64,000 nt of DNA. It comes from an uncultured Candidatus Rokubacteria bacterium (lineage in GTDB: Bacteria; Methylomirabilota; Methylomirabilia; Rokubacteriales; CSP1-6). Within the stretch, counting starts at the first letter, position 1, and the number at the start of each line of letters is the position of its first letter. Below, in pieces: positions 27,750 through 38,443 of this stretch. Where the stretch lies: NCBI GenBank assembly GCA_963754315.1, contig CAVWFS010000019.1:768001-832000 (forward strand), written 5' to 3'. Below the pieces are notes generated by a model. That model worked only from the letters and a program-made list of their open reading frames with translations, did not search any database and had not been told where the DNA came from. The position numbers and the translations under genes were made by a program.

Positions 27750-28997
27750 CTAGGGCATCGCCGCGATCAGATCGACCTCGACCAGCGCGCCAGGGACCAG
27801 CAGCCCGGTGGTCCCCACCGTGGTGCGGGGTGGGGGCGTCGGAAAGAACTCCTTCCACACCTCGTCGAAGTCGTTGAAGCAGTCGAGATCCACCATGAAC
27901 ACCTGAGCCTTGACCACGTTAGCCAACGACGTCCCGGCCGCTTCGAACGTCCTGGCATAGTTGTCCAGGATATAGCGGGTCTGTCGCTTGATATCCGAGC
28001 CGTAGAACGGAAACGCGGGATCCGTGCGGGCTTCGGCGGGGATGCCCGTCTTGAAATCGCTGGCGAGATGCCCAGCCGTGAACACCAGGTTGTCCACGCG
28101 CACGGCCGGTGTGTAGTGGGCGAGGGGCTGCGGAATACTGGAAACGGCGATGGGGTGCCGCGGCGCCGACGGGAGGGCGGCAATGAGGTCGATCTCCACA
28201 AGTGTGTCCCGCACGAGCAGCCCGGTGGTCCCCACCGTCGTCCGCGGCGGGGGGGTCGGGAAGAACTCCCTCCACACCTCGTCAAAGCCATTGAAGTCCA
28301 TCAGATCCGTCAGGAACACCTGACCTTTCACCACGTTCGCCAGGGAGGTACCCGCGGCGGCAAGGGTCTTGGCGAGATTGTTCAAGATATAGCGCGTCTG
28401 CTTCTTGATAGCGGATCCGTAGTACGGGAACGCGGGATCGACGCGAGCCTCCGGCGGCACCCCACGCTCGAAATCGCTCGCCAGCTGCCCCGCCGCGAAC
28501 ACCAGGTTACCCACCCGCACCGCCTCGGCGTAGTGAGCGAGCGGCCGGGGAGCGGAAGACATCACGCGCTCGGCGGGGCTGCTCGGCATACTGGCGATGA
28601 GGTCGATCTCCACGAGCGTGTCCCGCACCAGCAGCCCGGTGGTCCCCACCGTCGTCCGCGGCGGGGGGGTCGGGAAGAACTCTCTCCACACTTCGTCGAA
28701 GCCATTGAAGTTCATGAGGTCAGTGTGAAAAACCTGGGCCTTGACCACATGCTCCAGGGACGTGCCCGCCGCCTGAAACGTCAGCGCCAGGTTCTTTAGG
28801 ACATAGCGCGTCTGCTTCTTGATAGCGGATCCGTAGTACGGAAAGGCTGGATCGACCAGGGCTTCACGGGGCACGCCTGTCCGGTAGTCGCTGGCGATCT
28901 GGCCCGCGGCAAACACCAATGGCGCGGCGCGGGCAGCCGGGGTGTAGTGGGCCAGCGGCTTGGGGATATCGGGCACGTCGATGCGTTCTCTCGGCAC
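27750..28997 (-). CDS. Triple-domain Rid (RidA/YjgF/UK114) family protein
   Basis: Three ~138-aa repeats, each with PLAHY, AGxxASD, QTRY, VVKxQVF, PPPRTTV, LVE(I/V)D. Confidence 0.9.
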   Translation of the reverse strand: MPRERIDVPDIPKPLAHYTPAARAAPLVFAAGQIASDYRTGVPREALVDPAFPYYGSAIKKQTRYVLKNLALTFQAAGTSLEHVVKAQVFHTDLMNFNGFDEVWREFFPTPPPRTTVGTTGLLVRDTLVEIDLIASMPSSPAERVMSSAPRPLAHYAEAVRVGNLVFAAGQLASDFERGVPPEARVDPAFPYYGSAIKKQTRYILNNLAKTLAAAGTSLANVVKGQVFLTDLMDFNGFDEVWREFFPTPPPRTTVGTTGLLVRDTLVEIDLIAALPSAPRHPIAVSSIPQPLAHYTPAVRVDNLVFTAGHLASDFKTGIPAEARTDPAFPFYGSDIKRQTRYILDNYARTFEAAGTSLANVVKAQVFMVDLDCFNDFDEVWKEFFPTPPPRTTVGTTGLLVPGALVEVDLIAAMP

Positions 28998-29094
28998 GAT
29001 GCTTCTCCCTCATGCTCGGCGATCTGGGCGGCTTATGACGCCCTGGTGGGTCTTCACGCAGCCGTCTTCAAATAGGCGGCGCACGCGTGACGAG

Positions 29095-30333
<1,239 letters not shown>

Positions 30334-30365
30334 CTAGTCCGCGCCGGGTCTGGGCCTCCCGCTCG

Positions 30366-31190
30366 TCACGGGCGCGTGATCTCCGGCGGCACGATGGTGA
30401 GGCGAAACCGATACGGAGTTCCGGCGTCACCGAGCGCGACCTCGTTCGTCCAGTCCTTGAGCTCCACGCAACCCGCCCGCTCACGGCCACCGATGGTGAC
30501 ACCGTTGACGAGCGTCCCGAGACGGCTGCCGCGGTCGATGAGAAAGTACCGCTGGCCCAAGCGGACGAGGGCGCAGTGATTCAACGAGATCTGGTACGGT
30601 TCCTGGTCTCTCAGCCCTAGCTCGTTGCGCGAGAGCGGATCGAGGCCATCCGTTTTTCGGCCAATGCGAAAGGGGAAGCGCTTCACGGAGACACACGCTT
30701 CCGGCAGGCTCCCGGTGGCTTCAGGCGTGAGTCCTTCGAGATACAGGACAGGCGCGGAGAGGATGCTGGCGGGAGAGGGGTGGAGCACGGTTTCGCCGAA
30801 TGACATCAGCGCGTTAGCAGAATCGCTGTCGAGCCCAGACTGCCGGGCCAGCTCGATGGCCAGCGCGTCGAGGATGCGGATTCGTTCACACAGCATGGCC
30901 ACCAGTGGAATCATCGAATCCGGATCCGAGCGCCACACGCGAAGGAATGCCTCGCGGTCGAGAACACGAACGTCCACATCTTCGAGGGCCCGCACGCTGG
31001 CCGAGCGGGAGCGCTCGGTGATCAGCGCCATCTCGCCGAAGATGTCGCCGGGGCCTAGAATCGACAGGCGCTGTTCGGGTGGTCCGGCTCTGTAGATCTC
31101 CACGAACCCCGCGTTGATGATGTAGGCATCCGAGGTGAACTCGCCCTCGGCGATGATGACGTCGCCCTTCTGGTAGCTGGAGCGCCTCAC
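30366..31190 (-). CDS. cNMP-binding domain plus FHA domain protein
   Basis: GDIFGEMAL...RSASVRA (cNMP); FRIGR...ISLNH...DRGSRLGTLVNG (FHA); start uncertain. Confidence 0.8.
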   Translation of the reverse strand: MRRSSYQKGDVIIAEGEFTSDAYIINAGFVEIYRAGPPEQRLSILGPGDIFGEMALITERSRSASVRALEDVDVRVLDREAFLRVWRSDPDSMIPLVAMLCERIRILDALAIELARQSGLDSDSANALMSFGETVLHPSPASILSAPVLYLEGLTPEATGSLPEACVSVKRFPFRIGRKTDGLDPLSRNELGLRDQEPYQISLNHCALVRLGQRYFLIDRGSRLGTLVNGVTIGGRERAGCVELKDWTNEVALGDAGTPYRFRLTIVPPEITRP

Positions 31191-31357
31191 GTGCGCCTTC
31201 TTTCTAACATGGGGTCCCGAAAATCGCCCCTGGCCAGTCAGGGCACAGCGACTTTGTCCCTGCCAGATACCCCCAGTCCCTGAGAGCCACCCCAATGGGC
31301 CTTTCCAAGTTCGACAGTACCCAACCCTTATCGGCCGTAGAAAGGTTGCCCTGGCGC

Positions 31358-31433
31358 TTGACAGTCCCCTCGAGAGCCGCTATATGATGTTTAGAGAGTT
31401 ATAAAATATTAGTCGTAGACACTAAATAGGAGG
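31358..31433 (+). promoter_or_regulatory. hsp20 promoter, putative operator and RBS
   Basis: TTGACA-N17-TATATG (TATGAT at N19); inverted repeat TTAGT-N7-ACTAA at 31409-31425; AGGAGG; locally AT-rich. Confidence 0.65.
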
Positions 31434-31443
31434 TAGAAGAATC

Positions 31444-31926
31444 ATGTTGCATGTCACCCGGTTCGCCCCTTTGACCCCGATGTTCCAGCTGCGCCGCGAT
31501 ATCGATGATCTTTTCGGCCGTGTTTTCGGGCAGATGTCCGGAGGCTCCCAGGGATCCTCGGGGGACTGGAACGCCTGGACTCCCGCGGTCGAGGGTTCTG
31601 AGGACGAGCGGCACTACGTGATCCGAATTGCGCTTCCAGGCATTGATCCGAAGGATGTCGACGTGACGATGGCCGACAGCCAACTGACGATCAAGGGGCA
31701 GCGCAAGCGCGATGCGGAGACCAAACAGGAGAGTTATTTCGCGCGGGAGTTGTCCTACGGCGCGTTCGAGCGCAGCTTCACCCTTCCCGAGGGTGTCGAC
31801 GTGACGAAGATCAGTGCCCGCTACAGCAACGGCATGCTCGAAGTGACGGTGCCCAAGCCTGTCGCCGAAGCGCCACGGAAGGTGGCGATCGAGGTGGAGG
31901 GGGCCTCGCAGAAGGTACTGTCCTGA
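31444..31926 (+). CDS. Hsp20/alpha-crystallin small heat shock protein
   Basis: LPGIDPKDV, LTIKG, YGAFERSFTLP, YSNGMLEVTVPK, RKVAI. Confidence 0.95.
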   Translation: MLHVTRFAPLTPMFQLRRDIDDLFGRVFGQMSGGSQGSSGDWNAWTPAVEGSEDERHYVIRIALPGIDPKDVDVTMADSQLTIKGQRKRDAETKQESYFARELSYGAFERSFTLPEGVDVTKISARYSNGMLEVTVPKPVAEAPRKVAIEVEGASQKVLS

Positions 31927-31966
31927 TCTCGCAGAGCGCACTCTCCAACTAGGCTGACCCACACAG

Positions 31967-31998
31967 CAGGAGTGCCCCGGCAAGCCGGGGCACTCCTG
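31967..31998. terminator. Hairpin terminator between convergent hsp20 and rid genes
   Basis: 14-bp perfect stem CAGGAGTGCCCCGG/CCGGGGCACTCCTG, CAAG loop. Confidence 0.7.
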
Positions 31999-32010
31999 TA
32001 GTACATCGAA

Positions 32011-32454
32011 CTAGCCGCCCGTTTGGATGACGGCGTCCGCGTCGATCTCGATCAGGCCGCCGTCAGGAATGAGCTGGGCCACCCGGACGAGCGTACTTGC
32101 CGGGTACGTGCCCTCCCGGAAGAAGCGCGCCCGCACTTCGTGAACGTCCTTGAGGGACTGCTGATCGAGCTGGGTGACATAGACCCGGACGCGCACGATG
32201 TCCTCCATGGTGCCGCCCTCGCGCTGAAGGATCGCCTGAATGCTCGAAAGCACCCGCTCAGTCTGCTCACGCATGGTGCGCCCGACCACCTTGCCCGTGT
32301 CGTCGGTGCCGACCTTGCCTGAAATATAGAGCAAAGCACAGCCCGGGAGGTCGATACGGACGGCGTCCGAGAACACCGCAGGGACCCCGGTGCCCTTGAG
32401 GGCCTCGATGCCACGCGCCTTGTCCTTCGCGAGGTTGATAGTTGTCCGTTTCAT
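32011..32454 (-). CDS. Single-domain Rid family protein
   Basis: LYISG, EQT, DIVRVRVY, PASTLV, IEIDA; no Arg at the PxR position. Confidence 0.85.
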   Translation of the reverse strand: MKRTTINLAKDKARGIEALKGTGVPAVFSDAVRIDLPGCALLYISGKVGTDDTGKVVGRTMREQTERVLSSIQAILQREGGTMEDIVRVRVYVTQLDQQSLKDVHEVRARFFREGTYPASTLVRVAQLIPDGGLIEIDADAVIQTGG

Positions 32455-32481
32455 CGTGCCGGCCAGTATACCTGTGAGTCG

Positions 32482-34075
32482 TCAGTCGCGGGCCGCGTCG
32501 TGCGCGAGCGATCGAATAGCCTCCAGACGTGCGCGCACGGCGGGGTCGGTCGCGAGGTCCTCCAGCGGTCGGGGGAGGCGGTATGTCCAGTTTGCCTCGG
32601 TGACCGTGCCTGGCGCGTTGATGCGTTCCGCGGTGCCCAGGATTTCTTGGGGCAGCGCGAGGGTGAGCGCTGAGCCCGCGCGTAGCAGCAGGCCGAGTAG
32701 CGCTAGGCTCCGCCCGGCGGCATCCACCGTAGGATCGGCGCCGGCCAGGGCCGCTAGTTGCCCGCGGTCGGCCGGCGAAAGGTCCTCCCACCACGAAGTG
32801 ATCGGCTTCGTGTCATGGGTGCTCAACGATGCCACACTGAGCGCAGGGAAGTTCCGAGGATCGCGAAGGCCCTGCGGGACGTCCTTCTCCCACGGAATCA
32901 CGCGATAGCCGGGGATACCAAGCTCGACCATGGTCGTCCGCACCCACGGGGGAATCAGGCCGAGGTCCTCGGCGATCACATGAACAGCGCCGGCCGCCTC
33001 GGCCAGCATCGTGCGCAGAACGCGCGCGCCTCGATCCAGCTGAGCCGACTCGACACCGGGCTCGAAGCGGCCCGCAGCCATTATGCGGCTTGACCCACAT
33101 GCGGAAGTACCCCACCACATGGTCAAGCCGGAAGCGATCATAGAGGCGCGAGGCGTGGCGGGTGCGGGCTCGAATCCAGCCGAGGTCATCGGCATCCATG
33201 ACCGGCCAGTTGTAGCCCGGCAGCCCCCAGTCCTGCCCTTCCTTCGAAAAGTCGTCGGGCGGCGCCCCCAGCGAAACGTCGCGCATGAACTGTCGTGGCC
33301 GCGCCCACACATCCGCGCTCTCCTCGCCGACCACGAAGGGTAGGTCTCCCATCAGCTCCACGCCAGCGGCCCGCATCCCTGCCCGGGCCCGATCCCATTG
33401 CTCGTGCGCAATCCACTGCAAGTATTGATGACGCAGGACGCTCCGGCCAAGCTCATCAAGGGAACCTTCGGCGGCAGGGGCGCGGCCGAGCGCCAGCACC
33501 TCGTCTGCTCGGTCGCGTTCGGGAGATGGCCAGGTTGTCCAGCCATAGCCGTGGTGGCGCTCGCGGAGGGCGACATACAGGGCAAGGTCGGGCGCCCAGT
33601 ACTCCTCCTGTTTCACGAAGGCGCGCAGGGCGTGCGCACGCTCCGTACCCTTCGCCCACTCCCCCTCGAGGAACCGCTCGAAGGCGCGGCCAAGCACCCG
33701 TCGCTTGAGCGACCTCACCGTGTGATACTCGACGTGCGGCGTCCGCCGGAGGCGCTCGAGGGTAGCCGCTCCCTCCTCCCCCAACACGTCAGTAATGTCG
33801 CGCCGCTCCAGATCCGGAACGCCGGCGATGGAAATGTAGATTGGATCGATGCCGAAGGCTGTCCGCGCGCCGTACGGGCTCGTCTCGCCGTCGGCCAGTT
33901 CGTAGGGCGGAAGGATCTGGAGCAGACGGTGACCGGCCGCGCGGATCCAGGTGGCGCAGGCGGGCAGCGCCTCGATGTCCCCGATGCCCCAATCGTGAGC
34001 TGTCCGGAGGGCAAAGAGGGGGATGGTGACCCCCGCCCGGCGAGAACTCGGCCCCGGATCGCGAGATGAAGTCAC
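32482..34075 (-). CDS. malQ: 4-alpha-glucanotransferase (amylomaltase), frameshifted near 33079
   Basis: WGIGD, SPY, GDLPF, GAPPD, GQDWGLP, RLDHVVG, then AEDLG, THDT, RINAPG, NW in the next frame. Confidence 0.9.
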
Positions 34076-34560
34076 TCGCGGATCGTGACAGGGACGGACA
34101 CCACGTCGTGAGGGGAAGGAACGAACTCGAGAAACCCACGGTTCACCGAGGTCGGCACCAGAAAGACGAGATCACAGGAGGCGGGCCGGTTCCCCACCAG
34201 GTAGATCAGTCCGCAGCGATTGGCCACCGCTGCCCCACCGCGCAGAGATCCGGTATCGTCAGCCGGCGTGTACGAGGCGCCTTCGTGCGTCATAAGGCGA
34301 AAGACCGCGGGCCGAAGAAAGGTTCGATCGCTGCTCGTCCCCCCGGGGTTGGCCACGGTCACTGGAAGGACCACGTAGTACATTCCGGTCGGCACAAAGC
34401 GCGGTTCGAGGCTGAGGGCCTTGCCTTCGGTCACCCTCACGGCGAGACGGTTACGCTCCGGCGTGTCCATGTCACCGGACGGCTGGGCCTGCACGGGCCG
34501 GGGGGCTACAATGCTCGCCACCGCCAGCGCTATCAAGATCATCCCTTGCCAGAGCGTCAT
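34072..34560 (-). CDS. Exported hypothetical protein (DUF4352-like)
   Basis: Signal peptide; YYVVLPVTVAN, FRL...G..Y, LVFLVP. Confidence 0.55.
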   Translation of the reverse strand: MTLWQGMILIALAVASIVAPRPVQAQPSGDMDTPERNRLAVRVTEGKALSLEPRFVPTGMYYVVLPVTVANPGGTSSDRTFLRPAVFRLMTHEGASYTPADDTGSLRGGAAVANRCGLIYLVGNRPASCDLVFLVPTSVNRGFLEFVPSPHDVVSVPVTIRE

Positions 34561-34654
34561 TGGGGCCTCCTGAACGAGTATCGCATGCTCATTGAGCGGC
34601 GCCGGCAGACACCCGGATACTCCATCACCTGGAGCTGGAGTAAGCTAGAGTGAC

Positions 34655-35698
34655 TTGCGAACCGCGTCGCCGCTTGAAGTGCTCATCCGCCGGATCCCTA
34701 AGGCGGAATTGCACATGCACCTCGAGGGATCGCTCGAGCCTGAGCTGATGTTCGAGCTGGCCGCCCGCAACGGCGTGTCACTTCGCTACAGCAGCGTGGA
34801 AGAGCTCCGCCGCGCGTACGAGTTCGAGAACCTGGAAGATTTTCTCGATCTCTACTACCAGGGAGCCCGGGTGCTGCGCACGGTGCGCGATTTTCATGAC
34901 CTGACTGCTGCCTACTTCCGACGCGCGGTCGAGGCCAACATCCGCCACGCGGAAATCTTCTTCGATCCGCAGACACACACCACCCGCGGCATCGCCTTAC
35001 CAGCGGTGGTGGAGGGCATCAGCGCGGCCATGCGGGAGGCCGAGCACACGCATGGCATCTCCTCGGGCTTGATCCCGTGTTTCCTGCGCGACGCGGCACC
35101 CGCCGCTGCCATGACCACTCTGGGGGAGGTTCTCGCCCTCGGCGATCGGATCGTGGCGGTGGGGCTCGACTCGGCCGAGCGGGGCAATCCCCCCGCGGCG
35201 TTTGCCGCCGTGTTCGCCCGCGCACGCGCGGCTGGCTTGCGGACGGTGGCCCACGCCGGCGAGGAGGGACCGCCCGCCTACATTCGCGAAGCGCTCGAGC
35301 TCTTGCAGGTCTCGCGCATCGACCACGGAGTCCGCTGCGAGGAGGACACGGCCCTCGTGTCGGAGCTGGCGGCCAAGCGTACCCCTCTAACGGTCTGCCC
35401 TCTCTCCAATGTCAAGCTTCGCGTGTTCCCCTCGCTGGAACGCCACAATCTCCGGCGCCTGCTCACCCAGGGACTCTGCGTGACCATCAACTCCGACGAC
35501 CCTGCCTACTTCGGCGGCTACGTGAACGAGAATTTCCTGGGCGCCCAGCGAGCGCTGAGCCTCACTGGGGACGAGGTGTATCGCCTCGCTCGAAACTCGT
35601 TCGAAGCAAGCTTCCTGGACGAGACGCGAAAACAGCGCCTCATCGACGAGCTCGAGACGGCCATGGCTACCCATCGCGAGGACAATGTCTCCGCGTGA
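34655..35698 (+). CDS. add: Adenosine/adenine deaminase
   Basis: PKAELHMHLEG, HAGEEG, RIDHG, CPLSN, NSDDP. Confidence 0.93.
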   Translation: MRTASPLEVLIRRIPKAELHMHLEGSLEPELMFELAARNGVSLRYSSVEELRRAYEFENLEDFLDLYYQGARVLRTVRDFHDLTAAYFRRAVEANIRHAEIFFDPQTHTTRGIALPAVVEGISAAMREAEHTHGISSGLIPCFLRDAAPAAAMTTLGEVLALGDRIVAVGLDSAERGNPPAAFAAVFARARAAGLRTVAHAGEEGPPAYIREALELLQVSRIDHGVRCEEDTALVSELAAKRTPLTVCPLSNVKLRVFPSLERHNLRRLLTQGLCVTINSDDPAYFGGYVNENFLGAQRALSLTGDEVYRLARNSFEASFLDETRKQRLIDELETAMATHREDNVSA

Positions 35699-35723
35699 CA
35701 CGAACCATGTCAGACTATGTGAA

Positions 35724-35972
35724 AATTCGAGGGGCGTCACGGGTCCCCCGGGACGGCCCGAGCGTTGGGGGGTTTGGGGGGCCTGTTCGGGGCCCCCACG
35801 TGGAGCGTGAATTCGAGGGGCGTCACGGGTCCCCCGGGACGTCCCGAGCGTTGGGGGGTTTGGGGGGCCTGTTCGGGGCCCCCACGTGGAGCGTGAATTC
35901 GAGGGGCGTCACGGGTCCCCCGGGACGTCCCGAGCGTTGGGGGGTTTGGGGGGCCTGTTCGGGGCCCCCCAT
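35724..35972 (-). repeat. Three tandem 86-bp units, each a copy of the palindromic element
   Basis: Units start at 35724, 35810, 35896; near-identical (one substitution in unit 1); reverse complement matches the copies at 22402 and 45968. Confidence 0.9.
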
Positions 35973-35991
35973 ATTCAACAGGAGGAACACA

Positions 35992-36396
35992 ATGCCCACA
36001 GGTGCTCGGAAGTGGAGACTCTGTGCCGTACTCGCCTCGATGATCGTGGTCGTGGGCGGATGCGCCGCCATGCGCAAATCGGAGGTCGACACCCAGGAAC
36101 AGCTGCTATCGGCGGCCGGCTTTCAGATGAAGCTGGCTGACAGCCCCCAGAAGCTCACGCACCTGCAGACGTTGACCTCCCAGAAACTGGTGCCGCACAC
36201 GCGGGACGGCAAGGTGTACTACGTGTACGCCGATCCCGAGTTCTGCAAGTGCATGTTCGTTGGCAACGACGCCGCGTACCAGAAATACCAGGACCTCGCC
36301 CTCAAAGAGAAGCTCTCGCAGGAACGCCTGAACGCGGCCGCCATGAACGAGAACGCCGCGATGAACTGGGGCATGTGGGGACCTTACTGGTGGTGA
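35992..36396 (+). CDS. Hypothetical lipoprotein
   Basis: AGGAGG RBS; VVGGC lipobox; EQLLSAAGF...YVYADP..CxCMFVG...NWGMWGP. Confidence 0.75.
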   Translation: MPTGARKWRLCAVLASMIVVVGGCAAMRKSEVDTQEQLLSAAGFQMKLADSPQKLTHLQTLTSQKLVPHTRDGKVYYVYADPEFCKCMFVGNDAAYQKYQDLALKEKLSQERLNAAAMNENAAMNWGMWGPYWW

Positions 36397-36786
36397 GGAA
36401 GATCGCACGTAGCGGGAGCGGCCCTGCTGAGCCTCGTGGTGTTGCTCGGCGCCTGTGCAAGCGCCGCGCGGCAGGACGCCAGCGAGATCGAACCGCTGCT
36501 GTTGGCGGCCGGCTTCAAGAAGCGCGTCGCCGACACGCCGGAGAAGCTCGCCCACCTTCGAGCATTACCGGCCCTCAAGATGGTGCCCCAGCAGTACAAG
36601 GACTCCTACCTCTATGTCCTCGCCGATCCAGAGGGCTGTCGCTGCATGTATGTGGGCAACGAGCAGGCCTTCGAGCAATACGAAGCCCTAGCCATTCGGC
36701 ACACCATGGCCCGGGACAGCATCCAGCGCGCCGGCGGAGAGGCGACGCTGAACTGGGATGCGTGGGGACCGTCCTTCTGGCCGTAA
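36393..36786 (+). CDS. Hypothetical lipoprotein, paralog of the upstream gene (probable +1 indel near 36408)
   Basis: LLGAC lipobox; EPLLLAAGF...YVLADP..CRCMYVG...NWDAWGP; start inferred. Confidence 0.65.
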
Positions 36787-36953
36787 GCGCGCACGACGAG
36801 TACCATCTCAGATTCCACAAACCACCGGCGCCTAGGGGGTACTGACGCCGCGGCCGGAAAGTATCTGGGCTACGCTGGGGAGCGCCCCGAATACCCGAGA
36901 CGCTCCCCACCAATCGCGCTCACCGCTGACGTAAAACCGTCTGGGCCGACTGC

Positions 36954-38417
36954 TTACTTGGCTTTGGCGGCCCACTCCGGGTGGTACTCAATTCCGATCT
37001 GCTTCATCTCGTCTAGCTTCTCGCCCCAGAAGGCCTTCTGCTTGTCGCGGCCGCGCCGCTCGGTCACCTTGTCCCACTCCTTGGCGGCCGCTTCCAGGGC
37101 GTCCTTGGGCGATTTCCGCTTCGCCAGAGCCTCCGTGATCTCGAAGGAGAGCTTCCGCTGGTACTCGTCGGCGGCGGGGATCACGGGGTCGGGTACCACC
37201 AAGGGGAACGTCTTCTCGATGGCGTCAAGGTACTCCCCGGCTCCCGGGAAGTCCTTTCGGAACTTCTCCGAACGGAAATGCGAGATCCGCCACGGATCCA
37301 TGATCGTCTTGGGATCCATCACGATCTTCAGGCTCTGATCAGGCAGCGAGATGAACTCCAACACTTTCATGGTGGCCTCTTTCTTGCCGGAGTACTTGGA
37401 GACCGCCATGGCCCGGCCGGGGGTGATCGCCGGGCGGTGGATAATCTTGCCGTCGATCTCGGCGCCGGGGACAAGCCCAAAACCCGCCTTGCCGACGATG
37501 AGGGACTCCTTCGCGTTTCCTACGCGCTTGCCGGTGCTCGTCCACGAGTAGAGGAGCGGGACCTCCCCCTTGATCAGCATCGTCTTCGGTTCCTCCGACT
37601 CGAAGAGGAGGACGCCGGGCGGATAGTACGGCATGGTCCGAACCATCTCCTCCAGGGCTCGGAGGCCAGCCGCCGTGTTGATGAGCGGCTTCATCTCCGG
37701 GTCGAAGTACTGGCCGCCGTAGGAGAAGAAACGCTGTCGCCACCAGTAGTACGAGTAGCCGCTGCCGCTCGGCTTGTAGGAGGCCCCCGCCCCGAACAGC
37801 TTGCTCGCGGAGCCGTCCCAGCCCCACCCGTTGAAGAACTCGGCCTGGTCGTCCCACTGCTTCCACGTCTTCGGCGCCGCCAGGTCATAGGCGTACTTGG
37901 CCTTGAACTTGGTGCGGTTGTCCGGACGCTCGAAGGCCGTCTTGTTCCAGAACAGGATGTGGACATCACCGTCGTAGGGCATGCTCACCATCTTGCCGTT
38001 GTGGCGCAGCATGAGCTTCTTGTACACGTCGGCGATGTCGTCCATGTAGAACTCGAGCTTCAGCTTCTGGATCCAGGGTTCCAGCGGCTCGAAGTGGCGG
38101 CCGTAGTCGGGCATGTTGGAGGGTCCGAACATCACGAGGTCCCACGGGCTCTGGCCGCCATTGAATTCCAGCAGGGTCTTGGCCACGAAGGCGTCGGCCG
38201 GGATCACCTCCGTCTCGATCTTGATCCCCAGCTTGTCGTAGAGATCCTTCTCCACCAGGCTGAGCGAGTACTTGACGTACTCCGCGTTGACCACGGCCCG
38301 GATGGTGGTCCCCTCGTAGGGTCGGGCCGCACCCACGTCCCGGACGGGCAGGATTCCGGACGTCACCAGGCCCAGGAGAACGACTGCCACGAACGACACG
38401 AGCGCGAACCTCTTCAT
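36954..38417 (-). CDS. Carbohydrate ABC transporter substrate-binding protein
   Basis: Signal peptide; MPYDGD, PKTWKQW, SPKDALE; next to two permeases. Confidence 0.85.
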   Translation of the reverse strand: MKRFALVSFVAVVLLGLVTSGILPVRDVGAARPYEGTTIRAVVNAEYVKYSLSLVEKDLYDKLGIKIETEVIPADAFVAKTLLEFNGGQSPWDLVMFGPSNMPDYGRHFEPLEPWIQKLKLEFYMDDIADVYKKLMLRHNGKMVSMPYDGDVHILFWNKTAFERPDNRTKFKAKYAYDLAAPKTWKQWDDQAEFFNGWGWDGSASKLFGAGASYKPSGSGYSYYWWRQRFFSYGGQYFDPEMKPLINTAAGLRALEEMVRTMPYYPPGVLLFESEEPKTMLIKGEVPLLYSWTSTGKRVGNAKESLIVGKAGFGLVPGAEIDGKIIHRPAITPGRAMAVSKYSGKKEATMKVLEFISLPDQSLKIVMDPKTIMDPWRISHFRSEKFRKDFPGAGEYLDAIEKTFPLVVPDPVIPAADEYQRKLSFEITEALAKRKSPKDALEAAAKEWDKVTERRGRDKQKAFWGEKLDEMKQIGIEYHPEWAAKAK

Positions 38418-38443
38418 CAAGAACCTCCTTGGCTGACAGCGGA

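Noticed and set aside
31209..31232. ATGGGGTCCCGAAAATCGCCCC as another palindromic element copy
   Set aside because: Too short and degenerate, and the second hairpin is missing
31407..31427. CIRCE element upstream of hsp20
   Set aside because: Arms and spacing do not fit TTAGCACTC-N9-GAGTGCTAA
35724..35972. 86-bp array as CRISPR or coding repeat
   Set aside because: No variable spacers; unit length is not a multiple of 3; ORF 35077..36396 crossing it is a shadow extension of the lipoprotein gene
36394..36396. In-frame TGA between the two lipoprotein genes as a third Sec codon
   Set aside because: It falls at the conserved C-terminus of paralog 1, is followed by a new signal peptide and is not at a Cys-equivalent site; an overlapping GTG start plus one indel explains it better
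36787..36953. Possible sRNA between convergent genes (GGGGAGCG...CGCTCCCC hairpin)
   Set aside because: Only one modest stem, compatible with a terminator; no recognisable RNA family
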